Below, in pieces: positions 18,648 through 28,897 of a stretch of 64,000 nucleotides of DNA. The position numbers and the translations under genes were made by a program. Every line of letters starts with the position of its first letter. The first letter of the stretch is position 1. Under the pieces are notes generated by a model. That model saw only the letters and a program-made list of their open reading frames with translations, was not told the DNA's origin and searched no databases. The stretch is from an uncultured bacterium (GTDB taxonomy: Bacteria > Patescibacteriota > Saccharimonadia > UBA4664): contig CAVRET010000002.1 of assembly GCA_963720265.1 (NCBI GenBank), forward strand, positions 392,704 to 456,703. The letters run 5' to 3'.

Positions 18648-19038
18648 CCAAAATCCGCGCCAGCATCTTGGCCACCCGGTCGTTTGAATCTTGCAACGAG
18701 CGGTTTTTGGCTAGCAGTTTGCGCTCAGCCTGTCGCAGCCGGTGGATCACCCAGGTCATCACCAGGCCATCAATCAGATAGATGAGAATCTGCAATATCC
18801 CGGCCCAATGCACGTCCGGGTAATATTCCGGGTGGATAAAGATGTAATCGATCAGCCCCGCCGACAGCACGAGCGACAAAATGGCCGGTCCCGTGCCCAG
18901 AAACGCCGCTGACAGAATAATCGCCAAATAGTACAACAGCAGTGGCGTGTGAATGCTCAGCGCCGGCACGTAATATTTCACCATCGTAATGGCTGATACG
19001 AGCAGGAACGATAAGACATACGCAGCCACTTTTCGCAT
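18622..19038 (-). CDS. DUF4118-like membrane domain protein (KdpD-type sensor domain, stand-alone)
   Basis: Three TM helices followed by a charged tail, a pattern resembling DUF4118. Confidence 0.45.
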   Translation of the reverse strand: MRKVAAYVLSFLLVSAITMVKYYVPALSIHTPLLLYYLAIILSAAFLGTGPAILSLVLSAGLIDYIFIHPEYYPDVHWAGILQILIYLIDGLVMTWVIHRLRQAERKLLAKNRSLQDSNDRVAKMLARILDEPLGEEH

Positions 19039-19099
19039 ATGCTGTCATCGTCTGCTTCCAATCTGATATGCGGCTGAAACCGGGCCGTTCTCCCGGCTA

Positions 19100-19948
19100 T
19101 TAGCGCCGGCAGGAATAATCGCTGTCGATCGCGGCATTCGTTGCCGCATATTGCGCCAGCGAGTTATAGCCGCCGGCAGTAAACGGTGAAGAGCTGGTAC
19201 AAGCCTTTTGTGCCTGCGCCAAGCTGGTCGCTCCCGCCACCCAGTTCGGCAGGTTATTCAGCATTCCCAGGTTCGGATACCGGCCGGCGCCGTCGTACTT
19301 GCCCACGATTTGATTCCACTGGTTGCTTGCCGAGTACAGGCCAACCGCACCGCCGGCTGCCCGCAGTGTTGCCACCATGCCTTCAAGGTCGGCCGCGTTG
19401 GCCGCCTGATTGCTGCTCCAAGAATTCTCGGTCTCAACATCAAGCCACCAAAGCGATCCCGGCATCCGCAAGCCCGCTTGCTTGGCCCAACTAAGGTCCT
19501 GGGTTGCCCGTTGCACGCCATACACATAAGCGCAGGCCGCGGTATCAGTCCCACTGCAGGTGCCATACAACGGGCTCGTGCCACTCGCGGGCCAATCCGG
19601 CACTGTAGGGGTCACATCACCAGGGTTGCCAGTATTTGCGTATACGGCCGTTGCCGGCTGACCGGCACCGCCCAAGGCCGATTGCGCCCAGGTCAGCTGG
19701 GTTGCCAGACAGGAGTTCTCGTTGTTGGCAATGCCGCCGTTCACGCCGACCACGGCAAACGGCACAACCGTGGGCAACGTTGCGCCACACTCTGGATAGC
19801 TCACATCATAGCCGGTCACAGTACTGCCGAAAGAGCGGCCGGTCACCACCCCCAAGCCACCGCCGCCGATCGAGACGCTGGTTGCGGCCAACACTGGACT
19901 ACTAAATATTCCTACCGCCGCCAGCGCCAAAAATAGTTGTCGTTTCAA
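19100..19948 (-). CDS. Secreted protein, GH25/Rv2525c-like glycoside-hydrolase-like
   Basis: Signal peptide MKRQLFLALAAVGIFSSPVLA; GYDVSYP...WWLDVETEN resembles the DUF1906/GH25 fold. Confidence 0.4.
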   Translation of the reverse strand: MKRQLFLALAAVGIFSSPVLAATSVSIGGGGLGVVTGRSFGSTVTGYDVSYPECGATLPTVVPFAVVGVNGGIANNENSCLATQLTWAQSALGGAGQPATAVYANTGNPGDVTPTVPDWPASGTSPLYGTCSGTDTAACAYVYGVQRATQDLSWAKQAGLRMPGSLWWLDVETENSWSSNQAANAADLEGMVATLRAAGGAVGLYSASNQWNQIVGKYDGAGRYPNLGMLNNLPNWVAGATSLAQAQKACTSSSPFTAGGYNSLAQYAATNAAIDSDYSCRR

Positions 19949-19978
19949 GATAGAAGCCCCTCTTACTGGGTCATTCTA

Positions 19979-20776
19979 TCATAAGAAAAACGTCGTCAGC
20001 ACTGGCGCAATCGCTTCAGGGGCAACATTATGTGCTTGGCCCCGCAGCGTCTTACGCTCGGCCTGCGGGATCGCTTTTGCCAGCGCATCAGCGGAAGCCG
20101 CCATAAACGGCATAAATTGCGCGCTTGCCTCGCCGTCGATGAGAAACACCGGCATCCGCAAGCTAGCCGCCCGCGCCACCGGCACAGTCCGGTCTTTGCC
20201 AAGTACCGCCGCGTCATACGCCAGCGTCGGCGCCACCGCTTCCATCATCGGCCACATCGGCGAATTCTGCATGCCAACGAGCATCTCGTTTGGCACCCCC
20301 ACAAATTGCATAAACAACGTCGCGGCCTCTTTCCGGTTGCCGGCTCCCAGCGTTTCGTCCAAACGCTTTGTGTACTCATGCCAGGCCCTAATGCCGTTCT
20401 CGCTGTCGTCATAGGGCACCTCATAAATCGCCAGCCGCCTCACCTGCTTTCCCAGCTTAATAGCGGCCTCCAGCGCCAGTGCGCCACCTGATGAAAAGCC
20501 GACCAGCGCCGCCCCGCCCCCGGCGTCACCAATGAGCGCTGCAATGTCCTCCACCTCGCGCGCTACCGCAAACGGCTGAGTGTCAGTGCTGTCGCCCCGC
20601 CCCCGTCGGTCATAGGTGTAAACGGTAAACTTCGGGGCCAGCAGCTCGGCCAATTTAGTTGAGAAACCGGTAGCCCGCCTGCCGGTAGCGCCGTCCACAA
20701 TGACCACCGCCGGACCCGCGCCCGCCTTGTCAAACACAATCTTTGTCCCATCGTTAGAAGCTACGGTTTGCATATT
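19979..20776 (-). CDS. Alpha/beta hydrolase
   Basis: GFSSGG nucleophile elbow; the start is probably MQTVASNDG. Confidence 0.7.
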   Translation of the reverse strand, partial: NMQTVASNDGTKIVFDKAGAGPAVVIVDGATGRRATGFSTKLAELLAPKFTVYTYDRRGRGDSTDTQPFAVAREVEDIAALIGDAGGGAALVGFSSGGALALEAAIKLGKQVRRLAIYEVPYDDSENGIRAWHEYTKRLDETLGAGNRKEAATLFMQFVGVPNEMLVGMQNSPMWPMMEAVAPTLAYDAAVLGKDRTVPVARAASLRMPVFLIDGEASAQFMPFMAASADALAKAIPQAERKTLRGQAHNVAPEAIAPVLTTFFL

Positions 20777-20792
20777 GGCCCTCCTTATCGCC

Positions 20793-21273
20793 TTACTTCC
20801 CCGCCAGCAAGGCCGCAAACTTTTCAAGACTTTGCGTCCAACCCGCTGCCATACCGTCCAACATCTGTGCAGCTTGCGGCACCATGCCCTTGGCCGTAGT
20901 GTGCAATGTCAATTTGGTCTTCCCATGATCATCCTCAAGGGTCACGGTTGTCAGGCCGTCGATCAACATCTTACCCTCCAAATCTACTGCCTGGTTTTTG
21001 AAAGCAAGCTTATTCGGCGGATCAAATTCAGTAAATTCGCCCTCCATTGGCCAGCGCTGCCCGGCGAGCTCGCCCAATTCCGGGCCGGCCAGCATCACCA
21101 CGCGAATTTTGCCGCCGACGCGCGCCCCTACTTCGCACTCCGGATTGGTCACGCCTTGAGGCCCCCACCAGCTTGGCCAGCATTTCAGGATCGGTCCAGG
21201 CCTGAAATACCAGCTCGCGCGGCGCGTCAAATACCCGCGTTAATGTTAACTCTCTATGTAGTTGGTCTGTCAT
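20793..21273 (-). pseudogene. SRPBCC/AHSA1-family protein, apparently frameshifted (a 1-nt insertion near + strand 21171)
   Basis: The N-terminal part (MTDQLHRELTLTRVFDAPRELVFQAWTDPEMLAK) and the continuation (WWGPQGVTNPECEVG...) lie in different frames. Removing one nt restores a single reading frame. Confidence 0.55.
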
Positions 21274-21625
21274 TGCTCTGTCCTTTCGTATCAATTACTC
21301 GTTGTTCTTGTTGCAGAAGTTCATCAAGCGCATCCAGCCGGGTCTGCCACAACTGCTCGTACTGCTTAAGGTATGCCTCGGCCGCAGCCAATGCCCGAGG
21401 GGAAAGTTGTACGATTTGCTCCTTGCCCCGACGGTGTTTAACCACCAACCTGGCCGCCTCCAGCACCTTAAGATGCTTTGACACGGCTGCAAACGTCAGC
21501 TCATACGGCCGCGCGACCTCGCCCACACTCATCTCTCCGCCAAACAACCGCTGCAAAATATCGCGGCGGGTCGGGTCGGCCAGTGAGCTGAATACAGTGT
21601 CAAGTTGTAACGAATATTCAACCAT
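21254..21625 (-). CDS. ArsR/SmtB family transcriptional regulator
   Basis: DPTRRDILQRL...VGEVA....TFAAVSKHLKVLEAARLV is an ArsR HTH. Confidence 0.8.
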   Translation of the reverse strand: MVEYSLQLDTVFSSLADPTRRDILQRLFGGEMSVGEVARPYELTFAAVSKHLKVLEAARLVVKHRRGKEQIVQLSPRALAAAEAYLKQYEQLWQTRLDALDELLQQEQRVIDTKGQSNDRPTT

Positions 21626-21765
21626 ATGGTTGAATGATAGTCGTCATACATCCCCATGTCAACAAACGGGTCATGTATTCAAACAAGACTCTGCTATAAT
21701 GTACCGACTTCATATATACTAGATAGGTATTTGAGGGGGATCCTCGCAAGTGAAAGTAGGTCACA

Positions 21766-23730
21766 ATGAATCTTAAACGTTCCAGCTCCCGCAGCTTTTT
21801 GTTCCTGGTGGGGGCCATCTTAATCGCCGCCGTTCTGCTCGTGCTCACGCTGCCGCAGCCGAAAGTTCAAAACGTATCACTATCCAAGCTCATCGAAGAG
21901 ACTAATGGGGGTCAAATTGCGAGCATTCAAGTTGATGGCAGCAAGCTCACGGCCACACCTAAAGACTCTAACGAGCCCAAGCAAGTTACATACAAGGACA
22001 GCGCCAACGACAACCTGCACGATTACGGCATTGACTACTCCAAAGTTACCGTCACCACGACCAATCCGGATAGTGGCAACAGCATCTGGATTATCCTAGC
22101 CGAGACTCTGATTCCGTCGCTGCTCATCATTGGGTTCTTCTATATCATGATGCGCCAGGCTCAGGGGCAGGGGAATCAGGCCATGAACTTTGGCAAATCG
22201 CGCGCGCGGCTTTACAACGCCGACCGCAAAAAAGTTAGCTTCAAGGATGTGGCCGGTTCCGATGAGGCCAAGCAGGAACTGTCCGAAATCGTTGAGTTCT
22301 TGAAATATCCGTCCAAATTTGAGGCGCTCGGGGCAAAGATTCCCAAAGGGGTGCTGCTGTTTGGGCCGCCAGGAACGGGCAAAACTCTGCTCGCACGGGC
22401 TGTGGCCGGGGAGGCCGGAGTGCCGTTCTTTAGCATCGCCGGCTCGGATTTCGTGGAGATGTTTGTGGGTGTCGGCGCCAGCCGCGTACGCGACCTCTTT
22501 ATGAAAGCCAAAAAGAATTCACCGTGCATCATCTTCATTGATGAAATCGATGCCGTCGGCCGGCAACGTGGCACCGGCATGGGCGGCGGCCACGACGAGC
22601 GCGAGCAGACCCTAAACCAGATCCTGGTCGAAATGGACGGCTTTGAGCAAGGCACCAATGTCATCGTCATGGCTGCCACCAACCGCCCCGACGTGCTCGA
22701 CCCGGCACTCTTGCGCCCCGGCCGCTTCGACCGTCGTGTCACGCTCGATGCGCCGGATCTCAAGTCTCGCCTTGCCATTCTTGAGGTTCACGCCCAGGGC
22801 AAGCCGCTCGACAAAACTGCCGACCTTGACGAAATCGCCAAGAAAACCCCTGGCTTCTCCGGCGCCGACCTCGAAAACCTTCTCAACGAGGCCGCTATTT
22901 TGGCGGCTCGCCAGGACGAGAAGAAGATCACCCGGTTGGACCTCAATTCGAGCGTTGAAAAAGTCCTTATGGGCCCGGAGCGCAAGACTCATGTCATGAA
23001 TCCGCAGGAAAAGGAAATCACTGCCTTCCATGAGGCCGGCCATGCCATTGTGGCGCACATGCTGCCCAACGCCCATCCCGTCAACAAAGTATCGATTGTC
23101 TCGCGCGGGCGTGCCGGCGGCTTTACCTGGCAGCTGCCTGAAGAAGACCGTCATCTTAACACCGTGGCCGAGTACAAAGATGATTTGGCCGTCATGCTCG
23201 GCGGTCGCATGGCTGAGAAAATCATCTTCGGCGACATTACCAACGGCGCCAGCAATGACCTGCAGAAGGCCACCCAGCTCGCCCGCCACATGATCATGGA
23301 CAACGGCATGAGCCCCAAGCTTCCAAACCGAGTCTTCGGCACCGGCGATACGGCCATCTTCCTGGGTCGCGAACTCGGCGAGCAGCGCAACTACTCAGAA
23401 GAAATCGCCGGCATCATTGATGAAGAGGTTGCCGCCTACATTGATGAGGCCGCCAAGCGCGCAGCTGAGGTCATTCACCATCACCGTGCCGAGGTGGACA
23501 AAATTGCTGCCAAACTCATGAAAGATGAGGTTATCGACCGCGACGAATTCGGCGACCTCGTCGGTCCACGTCCGCATAGCAAGCCTGCCCATTCACATCT
23601 GCACATTCCGGAAACTCACCCAGAACCGGCTCACGGCGCCGAGTCTCAGGGTCAAACTGCGCCCAACGCCCATGACCACGACGGCAAAGATGCCGCTGCC
23701 GGTATTCATGGCCGACCCGCCGCCGCCTAA
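21766..23730 (+). CDS. ftsH: ATP-dependent zinc metalloprotease FtsH
   Basis: N-terminal TM, AAA module GPPGTGKT, second region of homology (SRH), and the HEAGH zinc site. Confidence 0.95.
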   Translation: MNLKRSSSRSFLFLVGAILIAAVLLVLTLPQPKVQNVSLSKLIEETNGGQIASIQVDGSKLTATPKDSNEPKQVTYKDSANDNLHDYGIDYSKVTVTTTNPDSGNSIWIILAETLIPSLLIIGFFYIMMRQAQGQGNQAMNFGKSRARLYNADRKKVSFKDVAGSDEAKQELSEIVEFLKYPSKFEALGAKIPKGVLLFGPPGTGKTLLARAVAGEAGVPFFSIAGSDFVEMFVGVGASRVRDLFMKAKKNSPCIIFIDEIDAVGRQRGTGMGGGHDEREQTLNQILVEMDGFEQGTNVIVMAATNRPDVLDPALLRPGRFDRRVTLDAPDLKSRLAILEVHAQGKPLDKTADLDEIAKKTPGFSGADLENLLNEAAILAARQDEKKITRLDLNSSVEKVLMGPERKTHVMNPQEKEITAFHEAGHAIVAHMLPNAHPVNKVSIVSRGRAGGFTWQLPEEDRHLNTVAEYKDDLAVMLGGRMAEKIIFGDITNGASNDLQKATQLARHMIMDNGMSPKLPNRVFGTGDTAIFLGRELGEQRNYSEEIAGIIDEEVAAYIDEAAKRAAEVIHHHRAEVDKIAAKLMKDEVIDRDEFGDLVGPRPHSKPAHSHLHIPETHPEPAHGAESQGQTAPNAHDHDGKDAAAGIHGRPAAA

Positions 23731-23750
23731 CACATCATAAAAACCAAGAC

Positions 23751-23790
23751 TGGCCCTGGAGTGTAAGCACTGCTTTACACTCCAGGGCCA
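23751..23790. terminator. 16-bp perfect hairpin downstream of ftsH with no U-tract (possible bidirectional terminator or REP-like element)
   Basis: tggccctggagtgtaa-gcactgct-ttacactccagggcca. Confidence 0.45.
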
Positions 23791-23842
23791 TTGTCGTCGA
23801 TCGTCCGGCCGCCCTGCGCAGCCGGCTTTGCGGGGCGACTCG

Positions 23843-24475
23843 TCAGTCGCGCGAGTTGCGGGCGATCTGGCGCAGGAGCGCATCGAGCGCCGACACCTCG
23901 CCCGCGATGGCGTGCAGCTCGCCACTCACCCTAGTTGTCATCGCGCCGTGCACCTCGGACAGGTTCGCGGGGTGATAGGCCAGCGTGGTAACGGCCCGTG
24001 CCGCGCACTCCAGGAGCCAGAACCACTGCCTACTCCGCGCGTCCTGTTCGAGAGCCCTTGCGCTGAGGCACAGAGCCGCGAAAGTGGCCGAAAAGCACCG
24101 CGCCACGCCTCTATATGCGCCGTCAAGAGGCTCGGTAACCTGCAGGGAAACCAGGTTGTCGAGAACCATCAGCTGCCGCTCGGAACGCCCAGCACCCACC
24201 GGCTCTGGATACTGAAACCCCGTCGTCGGCAAACACTGCTTAATTGTCGCGGCGAGACGCGCATAGTACTGCAGGCTGGCCGGTGCCGCCGCGGTGAGCC
24301 GCAACATGCTGCCGAGGGTGTCGACGACGCCGGTAAGCGGCAAGCGCTCGGTCGCACTGGCGACCTGAAAGTTGGCGCCGCTGCCACCAAGCGTGATGAC
24401 GTACGGCATGTCGAGACCTTCCACACCGCCATGGCATGCCACCGAGTCGCCGGCTAGCATGTCCGAGAGAATCAT
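23843..24475 (-). CDS. Hypothetical protein
   Basis: 210-aa ORF with a balanced composition; the overlapping + strand ORF is Arg-rich and probably a shadow. Confidence 0.3.
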   Translation of the reverse strand: MILSDMLAGDSVACHGGVEGLDMPYVITLGGSGANFQVASATERLPLTGVVDTLGSMLRLTAAAPASLQYYARLAATIKQCLPTTGFQYPEPVGAGRSERQLMVLDNLVSLQVTEPLDGAYRGVARCFSATFAALCLSARALEQDARSRQWFWLLECAARAVTTLAYHPANLSEVHGAMTTRVSGELHAIAGEVSALDALLRQIARNSRD

Positions 24476-24647
24476 CCAGATCTCCTCTGGTCGTGGCCGG
24501 ATTCGCCCGGCCTGTCATCGGTTGGGCTCTAAACTACACAGTAAGTATTTTTACAACAAGCTAGCAAAAAAGTCAATTACTATCACAATTACACTTGTCG
24601 GTCCGCTCGTTGAACCACCTGCCCGAAAAGCTTATGCTCGTAGCAAG

Positions 24648-25493
24648 ATGAAGACTGCCGTTCACAAACTCGCTCTGCGTACCTGGTTGGCGCTTGCCAT
24701 GTTGGGTATCGTCGGCAGCGTCGTACTCAGCCTCCTGCCGCCGCTGTTCCGGCATAGCGCCGGCAGTCAACCACCGCTCACCATCTACCTCGTCGCCGGC
24801 CTTGTTGGCCTGGTTGTGACAGCCGCGGCGCTAGCCCTGGCCGGCAAGTTTGAGCCCAGTCTCAAGCGCCGGTTGCTCTGGCTAGCCTTCGTCTACAATG
24901 CTTTCATCGTAGCCGTCAAGCTCGTCTTAGCACCCTTTGGCCTCTATGAGCTCAACCAAACCAGTGCGTTCACCGCGACTCCGTTTGACCCAAATGCTTC
25001 CATCTATTACGTCATTGCGGCAGTCGTCATCTTTTTTCTCTACGCCGGCGTGTGGGCCGCCATCTATCACGTCCACAAGCGCCGCGCGACCACCAAGCTG
25101 GCGGCCGCATCCAAAACCCCGCCAGCCAGCCCCAAACCCCGCCGGCGCTGGCATGTAATTGTGCCGCTAGCTGTCGTAGTGGCGATCGTTCTCTACCTCT
25201 CTGGCGCGCTCTGGCTACTGGCCATCGGTTTCGGCGGACTAAACTACCTCACTCTCGTGGCTTCCAGCGCCATGGCGTTGCCCATTGCGATCCTGCTGCT
25301 TGCGGCTGTGGCTCTGGCTAGCGGCGCTTTTCATGAAGCCGAGGAAACAGCCGTGAACGTAAACGACGCAGCCGTGCTCGCAAGTCTCTTCTGGCTCGGC
25401 CTCGGGCTTATTGTTCTCTACCACATCATGTGGCTCGTGTTTATGGTGTCGCTGGTCTCTACCTGGCCGTTTAATACCTACACACCAAAATAA
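24648..25493 (+). CDS. Integral membrane protein (multi-TM)
   Basis: The start was moved to MKTAVHKL; 7-8 hydrophobic helices. Confidence 0.5.
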   Translation: MKTAVHKLALRTWLALAMLGIVGSVVLSLLPPLFRHSAGSQPPLTIYLVAGLVGLVVTAAALALAGKFEPSLKRRLLWLAFVYNAFIVAVKLVLAPFGLYELNQTSAFTATPFDPNASIYYVIAAVVIFFLYAGVWAAIYHVHKRRATTKLAAASKTPPASPKPRRRWHVIVPLAVVVAIVLYLSGALWLLAIGFGGLNYLTLVASSAMALPIAILLLAAVALASGAFHEAEETAVNVNDAAVLASLFWLGLGLIVLYHIMWLVFMVSLVSTWPFNTYTPK

Positions 25494-25495
25494 TC

Positions 25496-26476
25496 GTGCA
25501 CCTGGTTCGTCTTTTCTGGCGCTTGTTGCGTTACCGCGTCGCGGTCATGCTGGTGCTGTTTTTGCTCGTTGGCGCGGCCGCTACCGGCAACCTCGGCCTG
25601 CATCTCTGGCAGCTCGGCCTAGCAGCCGCGGCACTTGCAAGCGGCTACGTCAGCGCCACCAGCAGCAATGACCTGGCCGATCAGGAAATCGACGCAGTCA
25701 ATCACGCTGGTCATCGCGCGCGCCCACTGATCAGCGGCGAGGCCACCCGCGCCCAGATGTGGCAGCTGTTTGGCCTCGCGAGTGCGATCGCCATTGGGCT
25801 GGCCGCTCTACTAAGTCCGCCCGCCGCCGGCATCATGGTTATATCCATTCTTGTTAATGTCGCCTATTCGCTCCCGCCCCTGAGGCTCTCGTTTCGAACC
25901 TGGCTGGCACCTCTGGTGCTCGGCGTAGGCTATGTCGGCGTGCCATTTGCGCTCGGCATCGCCGTAGTCCATGGTGAGTCAAGTGCCGCAACGCGCTGTC
26001 TTGCCGCCGCTTGCTACTGCCTGTTTGTCGGCCGTATCGTGCTCAAAGATTTTCGCGACCGCGCGGGCGACGCCAAATACGGCAAACCCACCCTGTTGCT
26101 CGCGCACGGCAAAACCACCACCTGCCTGGTAAGCGGCCTTATGGTTGTGCTCGGTCTCGTGCTGCTTGTAATTGCTCGTCCGCTCCAGCCGGTATGGCTT
26201 CTCATCGCCCCTCTCACATTGTTTGCGTTTGTGCTAATACAACTCGAACGGCTCTGGCGGGCGCAGGTAAAGCAAGAACAAATCGCCATCGGCATTGGCG
26301 CCAAGCTCGGCAACGCCGCGCTCATTATTCTGCTCGGGCTCATGATCCTAGACCGGTCCGGCGCGTCGCTGGGTTTGCGCACCACCTTTGCAGCGGCTAT
26401 GCTCGCAATCACCCTCTATGCCTACGCGCAGCTCGTTATGCAGCCCGAGTCAGCCGTTAACTCATACCGTGGCTGA
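25496..26476 (+). CDS. UbiA-family prenyltransferase
   Basis: NDLADQEIDAVN (first Asp-rich motif) and KDFRDRAGDAKYG (second); multi-TM. Confidence 0.75.
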   Translation: MHLVRLFWRLLRYRVAVMLVLFLLVGAAATGNLGLHLWQLGLAAAALASGYVSATSSNDLADQEIDAVNHAGHRARPLISGEATRAQMWQLFGLASAIAIGLAALLSPPAAGIMVISILVNVAYSLPPLRLSFRTWLAPLVLGVGYVGVPFALGIAVVHGESSAATRCLAAACYCLFVGRIVLKDFRDRAGDAKYGKPTLLLAHGKTTTCLVSGLMVVLGLVLLVIARPLQPVWLLIAPLTLFAFVLIQLERLWRAQVKQEQIAIGIGAKLGNAALIILLGLMILDRSGASLGLRTTFAAAMLAITLYAYAQLVMQPESAVNSYRG

Positions 26477-26545
26477 AAACTCACATACCCGCCCGTTACG
26501 CTATAATTACCCCAGCATGAACCAACCTCAAACGCCCTCCACACC

Positions 26546-28135
26546 ATGGTGAGCCAAGCTCGCGCGCTGCTCGGCCGCGCCAACCGCCGCCAAACCGTTG
26601 GCAATGCGGCGGTAATTATATCAACCGCATATTTACTCTCACGCCTGCTTGGTTTTCTGCGCGATCGCTTGCTGGTGGCACACTTCGGCATTGGCCCGCA
26701 GACCTCGGCTTACTACGCCGCTTTCCGTCTGCCCGACCTGCTCTTCGCGTTGCTTGTCTCCGGTGCCTTTGCTGTCTCGTTCATCCCGGTCTTCACCAGT
26801 TATCTCCAAAAAGATGAACAGGACGTGGCTTGGCGAGTTACCACAAGCCTGCTCAACCTGCTTGTGGTGGGCACTATCCTCGGTGCCGTACTCATCATCA
26901 TATTTGCCGGCCCACTCACCACCCTCCTCACGCCCGGCTTCAATCCAGCCACCCATAATTTTGCCGTCCACCTGATCCGTATTATGGCCGTCACTCCGGT
27001 CTTTTTTGCCATTTCCAGTGTGCTGGGCAGCATTCAGCAGGCGTTCAACCGTTTCGTCATTTTCTCGTTGTCGGGTATTCTCTACAATCTGGGCATCATC
27101 TTTGGCATCGTCTTCTTTGCGCCCCACCTCGGCATTTACGGTGTGGCTTGGGGAGTTGTGCTCGGCGTCGTGCTCCAAAGTCTATTGCAATGGCTCGGCC
27201 TCGTGGGCCTTGGCTTTCGCTATCGCCCCGTTATTAACCTGCGCTTGGCCGGCGTCCGCCGCATTCTGGTCCTCATGGTGCCGCGCAGTATCGACCAAGG
27301 CATTGACCAAATCAACTACTCGGTCGAGACCATCATCGGCTCCACTATTAGTTCGAGCGCCATCGCTCAATTTTCACTGGCCAACAATCTGCGCAACGTC
27401 CCGCTCGTACTCATTGGTAGCTCCATCACTACCGCCGTGTTTCCGCGCCTGGCCTCTCGTGCCGCTGCCGGCGCCCGCGAATCGCTCATCGAAGGCTATG
27501 TTACAACTGCACGCATGCTATTGTTCTTGGCAATTCCCTCGGCTCTGTTTTGCATCGTGGCCCGGGGTTACATCGTGCGGCTGCTTTACGGCTTTGGTGA
27601 TCCTGCTACAGCCAATACCTTGGGCTGGTTCGCCGGTACGATCGTGTTCACAAGCTTGTTCATGCTCGTGTCCCGCATCTTTTTCGCCATGCAAGACACC
27701 AAAACACCGCTCTACACGAGTTTGGGCTCAATTCCGCTCAATATTTTGCTCAGCTTCGTCTTGGCCCGCATGTACGGCGTTTCGGGGCTGGCCATGGCCG
27801 CCTCGGCCTGTGCACTGCTTGAAACAGTCGTGCTGGCGGCCATTTTGCGTCTGCGCCAAGGCAGTTTCGGTGAAGCCAACATCCTTCGTGCCGCTGGCCC
27901 CATGCTGATTGCCGGCCTCATAATGGCTGGAGTGGTCTACATTATCATTAACCGCTTCCTACCGCTCTACGCCAGCGACCGCGGCTTCATAACCTTAGCA
28001 CCCAAGTTTCTCGTGATCCTAGGCACGGCTACCATCGCCTATTTTGTACCGTGCTCACTCCTGCGTCTGGCTGAAGCCAAACTGTTTATCGGCCGCCTTG
28101 CCGGCGTCATGTCAAAATCACTCAATCTCACCTAA
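26546..28135 (+). CDS. murJ: Lipid II flippase MurJ
   Basis: LGFLRDRLLVAHFG...YYAAFRLPDLLF; 14-TM MOP/MviN architecture. Confidence 0.9.
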   Translation: MVSQARALLGRANRRQTVGNAAVIISTAYLLSRLLGFLRDRLLVAHFGIGPQTSAYYAAFRLPDLLFALLVSGAFAVSFIPVFTSYLQKDEQDVAWRVTTSLLNLLVVGTILGAVLIIIFAGPLTTLLTPGFNPATHNFAVHLIRIMAVTPVFFAISSVLGSIQQAFNRFVIFSLSGILYNLGIIFGIVFFAPHLGIYGVAWGVVLGVVLQSLLQWLGLVGLGFRYRPVINLRLAGVRRILVLMVPRSIDQGIDQINYSVETIIGSTISSSAIAQFSLANNLRNVPLVLIGSSITTAVFPRLASRAAAGARESLIEGYVTTARMLLFLAIPSALFCIVARGYIVRLLYGFGDPATANTLGWFAGTIVFTSLFMLVSRIFFAMQDTKTPLYTSLGSIPLNILLSFVLARMYGVSGLAMAASACALLETVVLAAILRLRQGSFGEANILRAAGPMLIAGLIMAGVVYIIINRFLPLYASDRGFITLAPKFLVILGTATIAYFVPCSLLRLAEAKLFIGRLAGVMSKSLNLT

Positions 28136-28144
28136 TTTCCACGC

Positions 28145-28897
28145 ATGAAAGTTATCGTCAACAATATCGCCCTCAATTACACCGACGAAGGCCGCGGGCC
28201 GGCTATGGTATTTCTCCACGGTTGGGCGGACCAGCTCCATACCTTCGACCAGCTCACAGGTGCGCTCGGGGGGCACTGGCGGCTCATCAAGCTTGATCTG
28301 CCCGGCTTTGGCGGCAGCGAAGCTCCGCCCGAGACGTGGTCGCTCGACAACTATGTTGAACTTGTACAGGCCTTCGTCGATAAACTCGGAATTGAGGTGG
28401 ATACCATGGTGTGTCACTCACTCGGCGGCCGTATCGCGCTCAAGGGTGTTGGGACAGGCCGGCTTAGGCCACGCCGAATCATCCTGATCGCTTCGGCCGG
28501 TATTGCCAAATCCCGCAGCCTGCGCAACCAGGCTTACAAAGCTGTGGCCAAAATCGGCAAAGTTGTCACCGCTGTGCCGCCTCTGTCGCTCGCTCGAGGC
28601 AGGTTGCGCCGCCGCCTGTACGACCGCGCCGGCAGCGACTACCTAAACGCCGGAACCCTCCAGGCCACGTTTCTCAACCTCATCGCAGAAGACCTCCAGA
28701 CCGCGGCCGCCCATATTACGGTCCCAACCCTCCTCATTTGGGGCGCAAATGACACCGCCACCCCGCTGACCGACGGCCGCCGCTTGCACCACCTTATCCC
28801 CGGTTCCCGTCTCGAAATTATTGCCGGCGCCAGCCACTTCGTACACCAGGAACAGCCCGCTGCGGTGGCGCAGCTAATCCAGGAGTTTGCATCCTAA
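28145..28897 (+). CDS. Alpha/beta hydrolase
   Basis: HGWAD and CHSLGG (GxSxG) motifs. Confidence 0.7.
   Translation: MKVIVNNIALNYTDEGRGPAMVFLHGWADQLHTFDQLTGALGGHWRLIKLDLPGFGGSEAPPETWSLDNYVELVQAFVDKLGIEVDTMVCHSLGGRIALKGVGTGRLRPRRIILIASAGIAKSRSLRNQAYKAVAKIGKVVTAVPPLSLARGRLRRRLYDRAGSDYLNAGTLQATFLNLIAEDLQTAAAHITVPTLLIWGANDTATPLTDGRRLHHLIPGSRLEIIAGASHFVHQEQPAAVAQLIQEFAS

Noticed and set aside
20700-21722. Long + strand ORF (340 aa) overlapping the arsR/SRPBCC genes
   Set aside because: It is antisense to two recognisable genes and has an Arg/Cys/Ser-rich, low-complexity composition. This is a typical shadow ORF in GC-rich DNA.
23828-24457. + strand 209-aa ORF between ftsH and the membrane protein
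   Set aside because: It is Arg/Gly/His-rich and overlaps the better-behaved minus-strand ORF 23843-24475. Neither is certain, so only the minus-strand ORF is listed, at low confidence.
27006-27908. 300-aa + strand ORF inside murJ in an alternative frame
   Set aside because: It lies out of frame within the clearly conserved MurJ coding sequence and has a Ser/Arg/Pro/Cys-rich composition, so it is spurious.
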